From Octopus sinensis (taxonomy: Eukaryota): a stretch of 13,072 nt of DNA. Below the pieces are notes generated by a model, which had not been told where the DNA came from, did no database searches, and saw only the letters and a program-made list of their open reading frames with translations. Positions 8,347 to 13,072 of the stretch are shown here, piece after piece. Numbering within the stretch: position 1 is the stretch's first letter; every line of letters begins with the position of its first letter. The position numbers were made by a program, and so were the translations under genes. Where the stretch lies: contig NW_021826399.1 of assembly GCF_006345805.1 (NCBI RefSeq), positions 1-13,072 on the forward strand. The letters are read 5' to 3'.

Positions 8347-9009
8347 TATTATATATATTATATATATGTATATATGTATATACACACTCGAAGATACAAA
8401 GTACAAATTATATATACACAGCTGAATGTATATACGTGTTTATGTGTGGATATTTATATGTGTGTTGTATTCTTTTTCTCCTCTCCCACTCTCTCTCACT
8501 TGTATATATACACACATACATACTACATACACATACACATATATGTATATATACTATAATATATATATATATATGTAACACACAACACCACACACAAACA
8601 TAGATATATCTATATATATATATATATATAGATATATAATATATAATATATATATATATATACATATACACAATCAAACATTATCTGTCTCTCTTTATTT
8701 TTCTCTATTAAATAGTATCTGAAATGTTTGGTGTTTTATCAAATATCTTTATAATTTCTTCACCTTTTCATCGTTTCCACCAATTCCATGATATTCAATT
8801 ATTTCACCGTCTTCCTTCCATAGATTACCTTTAATATCTTTATGAGATTTACTCTCTTTATCGGACTGTTTTGTTGTTTTTTCCTGTTTGTTCACGCGGA
8901 GGTGTGTTTGTTAATAGCTGTGCGCTTCCTTAGTTGTATTAGTGCGCGTCGTGTACATGTGAGCGTGTTGTGTGAATGTGTGCATGTGTTCTTGCTGGCA
9001 CAGTTCGTC

Positions 9010-9530
9010 ATATGTGTGTGTGTGTGTGTGCGTGTGTGTATGCGTATAAATGTGTTTTTATCTGTCAATATGCGGGTTTGTGCTTATGTGTGTTTATGTG
9101 TGAGTGTGTCTGTGTGTGTGGCTCCGTGCGTCTGTTTGTGTATATATGTATGTATATATATATGTATATATATATATATGTTCTATATATATGTATATAT
9201 ATATATATATATGTATATATATGTATATATATATATAACACACACACACACACACAAATATATATATATATATATATAATATATATAGATAGATAGATAG
9301 ATAGCATATAGATATTTAAAACATAATTATATGTATGTGTGTGTGTGTTACATACATATACGTGTGTGTGTGTGTGTGTGGTGTATTTGTACGTGTGTAT
9401 ATGTGTGCGCACAGGCGAATCTCAGTTTATGGCTATAAATGTAGGCGCGATTAAATGTATGTTTGTGTGTGAATCCGTATCTATGCACGCGTGTGTTTGG
9501 TCGTGCGCTTCTGCATATATGTGTATGCGA

Positions 9531-9563
<33 letters not shown>

Positions 9564-9612
9564 TGTGTATGTGTGTGTGAGTGTGTGTGTGTGTGTGTGT
9601 ATGTGCATGTGT
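9010..9612. repeat. Degenerate (TG)n/(TA)n/(GATA)n microsatellite field
   Basis: Read directly; it accounts for the HTHT/CVCV ORFs. Confidence 0.9.
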
Positions 9613-9953
9613 ATTTGATACGGGAGCAGGTGTGGATGCGTGTAGGCTTGCATATCTGCAACGTGTGATTACGTCATTTATATTTTGAGAATGTGAAATC
9701 TTTATTTTGTCTATTTTTTGTTTTGTTTGTGTTGGTATATTATAGTTATAGTTGTTGTCATGGAATTACTGCTGTCATCGTTGTTGTTGTTGCTGTTGTT
9801 GTTGTTGTTGTTGTTGTTGGTATGTGGAGTATAATGTTGGTGTTACAAGATTTCAAGGCAAACATTATAACTGAATAAAGTTTTGGATATTTGGTGCAGA
9901 GATAATAGGGGGAGGTGGGAGGAAGGTTGCACACCTGGACTGTTTATATGACA

Positions 9954-9964
9954 GATGATGATGG

Positions 9965-10011
<47 letters not shown>

Positions 10012-10468
10012 GTGATGATGGTGGTGATGATGGTGATGATGATGATGATGATGTTGATGACGACGGTGATAATGATAGTGATGGCGGCTGGCTGCGATGG
10101 TGATGGTGGCGATGGTAGTGATGATGATGATGATGATGATGATGGTGATGGTGATGATGGTGATGATAATGGTGATGACGATGATGATGATGATGATGTT
10201 GTTGTCGACGGTGATAATGATAGTGATGGCGACTGGCAGCGATGGTGATGGTGACGATGGTGATGATGATGATGGTGATGATGGTGATAACAATGTTGAC
10301 TACTATGATGATTATGATGATTATGATGATGACGATGATAATGATGATAAAGATGATGATGGCAACGACGACAATGATGATATTGATAGTGTTGGCGAAG
10401 ATGGTTATGATGATGATTTTGGTGATGAAGATGACGATGTTTGATGATGATGATGATGATGATGATGG
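9954..10468. repeat. (GAT)n-based degenerate trinucleotide array with a 145-bp higher-order duplication
   Basis: GAT/GGT/GAC repeats. A 55-bp anchor at 10062-10116 recurs at 10207-10261 with 52/55 identity. Confidence 0.95.
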
Positions 10469-10624
10469 TTGTGATGGTGCCATCAAGCTGACAATATTAG
10501 TGGTGCGAAGATGAATTTGAGAGGGAAGTTGAAGAGAATACATCAGTTCGAAGTTCTCAGTAAACTCTCCAGCTCGTATTAAGCCTGGAATTAGACAAAT
10601 ATACATACACACAAAAAAGTATGC

Positions 10625-10862
10625 CCACACACGCACACACACACACACACACACTCACACACACAACACACACACGCACACACACACACACACACGCATA
10701 CGCACACACACACATACACACACACACACGCACATACGCACACTCGTGCACATAAAGACACGCACTCGGACACACAAACACATACACATTATTTCCCCAC
10801 AGAAAAAAAACAAGGCGGATGCATCCTTGTATGCAAGCAGCACTCATACAAACACATAAGAT

Positions 10863-10903
<41 letters not shown>

Positions 10904-10993
10904 ATCATTTTATATGGAGATAAACATATGATACCTGTATATAATATATATCATAATGATATTTATTCTCCCATTTGAAGCGACAATTTTTAG

Positions 10994-11024
<31 letters not shown>

Positions 11025-11038
11025 TAATATTTTATATA

Positions 11039-11093
<55 letters not shown>

Positions 11094-11162
11094 TATAATA
11101 TGTATATATGTATATTATATATATATATATAATATATATATATAATATACACATATATATAT

Positions 11163-11212
<50 letters not shown>

Positions 11213-11431
11213 CAGATCTACATATAGAGATACATACGTAATTTTACATGCATGCACGCACTTATCTGCTGTTCCCACACACGCGCACCCATATGCGCTA
11301 TTATGCCTATTTTTTGTTATCTTAAACCAAAGTTGAAGAGATAAACAAAATTAATAGGAATTTAATTGTGCGAACAATATATATATATAAATGCACACAG
11401 ACACACACGTATGTGAGTACGTATATATAAT

Positions 11432-11518
<87 letters not shown>

Positions 11519-11948
11519 GTATATGTGGTGTTTTTGTATATATAGATATACATATACACACATCCACATGTATATACTTCTAACGGTTCAGCGTTTGTAC
11601 GCCAGTGACTCTATCTCCATATTAACGTATCGTTCCGTTTGCATATTCATTTTCCGGGGGTAGGGTGACTGGCAACATAATCTCTTATTTCTTAATAGAA
11701 TTCTCCATAAGTATTCACTTCCTATAAATCGTCAGGTGGTACAGATCGATTATTCCCTATCTTACGAAGACTATTGATAGAGCTGTTTGTTTCTTCGCTA
11801 TCATATAAACTGTTTATCGTATAATTAGATATTGAACTGTATAAAGGAATTAGAAGTTTGGAAAAGTAAAAACTTTTATCTAATTATACAACTTTCTTAA
11901 TTCGTAACTCTGTGCCTCTATTTTTGCTGACAGCAAATAGGTACATCT

Positions 11949-12029
<81 letters not shown>

Positions 12030-12103
12030 TATATATATATTATATATATGTATATATATATATATTATATATAATATACAATACATACTTAATACATACA
12101 TAC

Positions 12104-12144
<41 letters not shown>

Positions 12145-12145
12145 T
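10625..12145. repeat. Series of (CA)n and long (TA)n microsatellites separated by short unique islands
   Basis: (CA)n at about 10625-10790; (TA)n at about 10870-10900, 10995-11208, 11415-11560 and 11950-12140. Confidence 0.85.
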
Positions 12146-12159
12146 ATTCTATATTATGA

Positions 12160-12390
12160 GCATAATTGTAATTAGGGTTCAGCAAAATTTGCTTCACCAC
12201 ACACCGAAACTTAGAAATAGCAGTTAAAATACAATTCTACTACCATAAGAAGTCTCCCAGACAGCAATACTCAACATGCTCATAATTATAGAATTTTAGC
12301 ATAAGTTTATCGATAATGGTTCTTTTAACATACCGAACTACTTGGTAAAATTATTAATTATTAATTGATTAATAAATTTTACCCTTTATT
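12160..12390. repeat. Probable interspersed-repeat fragment ending in an AT-rich hairpin and ACCCTT
   Basis: Complex island between microsatellites. Hairpin 12344-12383 (GGTAAAATT-ATTAAT arms, one bulge) ends in TTTTACCCTTT, then (TAT)n. The end architecture is the same as at 3352-3392. Confidence 0.4.
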
Positions 12391-12490
12391 ATTATTATAA
12401 TTATTATTATTATTATTATATATTATTATATTATATATTATATATATATAATATAATATATATATATATTCAGTCCCATGCGTGGCAATA

Positions 12491-12906
12491 GGCGCAGGAG
12501 TGGCTGTGTGGCAAGTAGCTTGCTTACCAATCAAATGGTTCTGGGTTCAGTCCCACTGCGTGGTATCTTAGGCAAGTGTCTTCTACTATAGCCTCGGGCC
12601 GACCAAAACCTTGTGAGTGGGTTTGGTAGACGAAAACAGAAAGAAGCCCGTCGTATATATGTATATATATATGTATATGTGTGTGTGCGTGTGTGTCTGT
12701 GTTTGTCTACCCAACATTGCTTCAGAACCAATGTTGATGTGTTTGCGTCCACGTAACTTAGCGGTTCAGCAAAAGATACCGATAGTTTAAGTACTAGGCT
12801 TACAAAGAATAAGTCCTGGAGTCGATTTCCTCGACTAAAAGCAGTATTCCAGCATGGCCGCAGTCAAATGACTGAAGCAAGTAAAAGAGTAAAAATAAAG
12901 AGAGAG
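12491..12906 (+). mobile_element. tRNA-derived CORE-type SINE (OR2-like by recall) with an internal (TA)/(TG) microsatellite
   Basis: A box TGGCTGTGTGG (12501-12511), B box GGTTCAGTCCC (12544-12554) and CORE-like TCTTAGGCAAGTGTCTT. A simple repeat fills 12654-12700, the 3' module spans 12701-12900, and the tail is GTAAAAGAGTAAAA. Confidence 0.85.
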
Positions 12907-12908
12907 TT

Positions 12909-12948
<40 letters not shown>

Positions 12949-13072
12949 CGAAAAATATAAATATAAATACATATAAATATATATACATATTTATATCCAT
13001 GTGCGTTTACATATATGTAAAACGTGAACACAGACTGAGACATATATAATATTTTAGTGGGAACGGTGGATC

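Noticed and set aside
9915-10514. Acidic poly-Asp protein exon
   Set aside because: The Asp phase shifts frame at three points, with stops, and no convincing splice sites bracket an in-frame part.
10480-10610. Minus-strand acceptor TTTGTCTAATTCCAG followed by the GLIRAGEFTENFELMYSLQ frame
   Set aside because: No recognisable protein similarity and no clear donor before the frame runs into the repeat array.
630-13000. Most ORFs in the six-frame track (YIYI, CVCV, HTHT, poly-I/V/M/H/S)
   Set aside because: They are translations of di- and trinucleotide microsatellites, with no domain content or splice support.

Overview
Non-coding, very AT-rich eukaryotic DNA. It is most likely an octopus (coleoid cephalopod) intron or intergenic region, inferred from the SINE types and the extreme microsatellite load. 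No host protein-coding gene is recognisable, and nearly all supplied ORFs are translations of (TA)n, (CA)n, (GAT)n or (TTG)n tracts. The non-repetitive islands are mobile DNA. (i) A retroposon nest at about 4.9-7.25 kb holds three decayed fragments of restriction-like-endonuclease (R4/Dong-type) non-LTR retrotransposons, two of them inverted relative to each other, plus three tRNA-derived SINE copies or fragments; one SINE appears split by a Dong-type insertion into its internal (AAT)n tract. (ii) A CORE-type SINE lies at 12.5-12.9 kb. (iii) There are two full-length foldback elements (1861-2242 and 3015-3294) and a hAT-like MITE. The most unusual signals are a minimal hammerhead-ribozyme fold in the tail of a tRNA-headed SINE (6805-6850), a second degenerate minimal hammerhead (3478-3512, minus strand), and a 382-bp end-to-end palindrome whose arms are only about 74% identical yet differ by a single indel.
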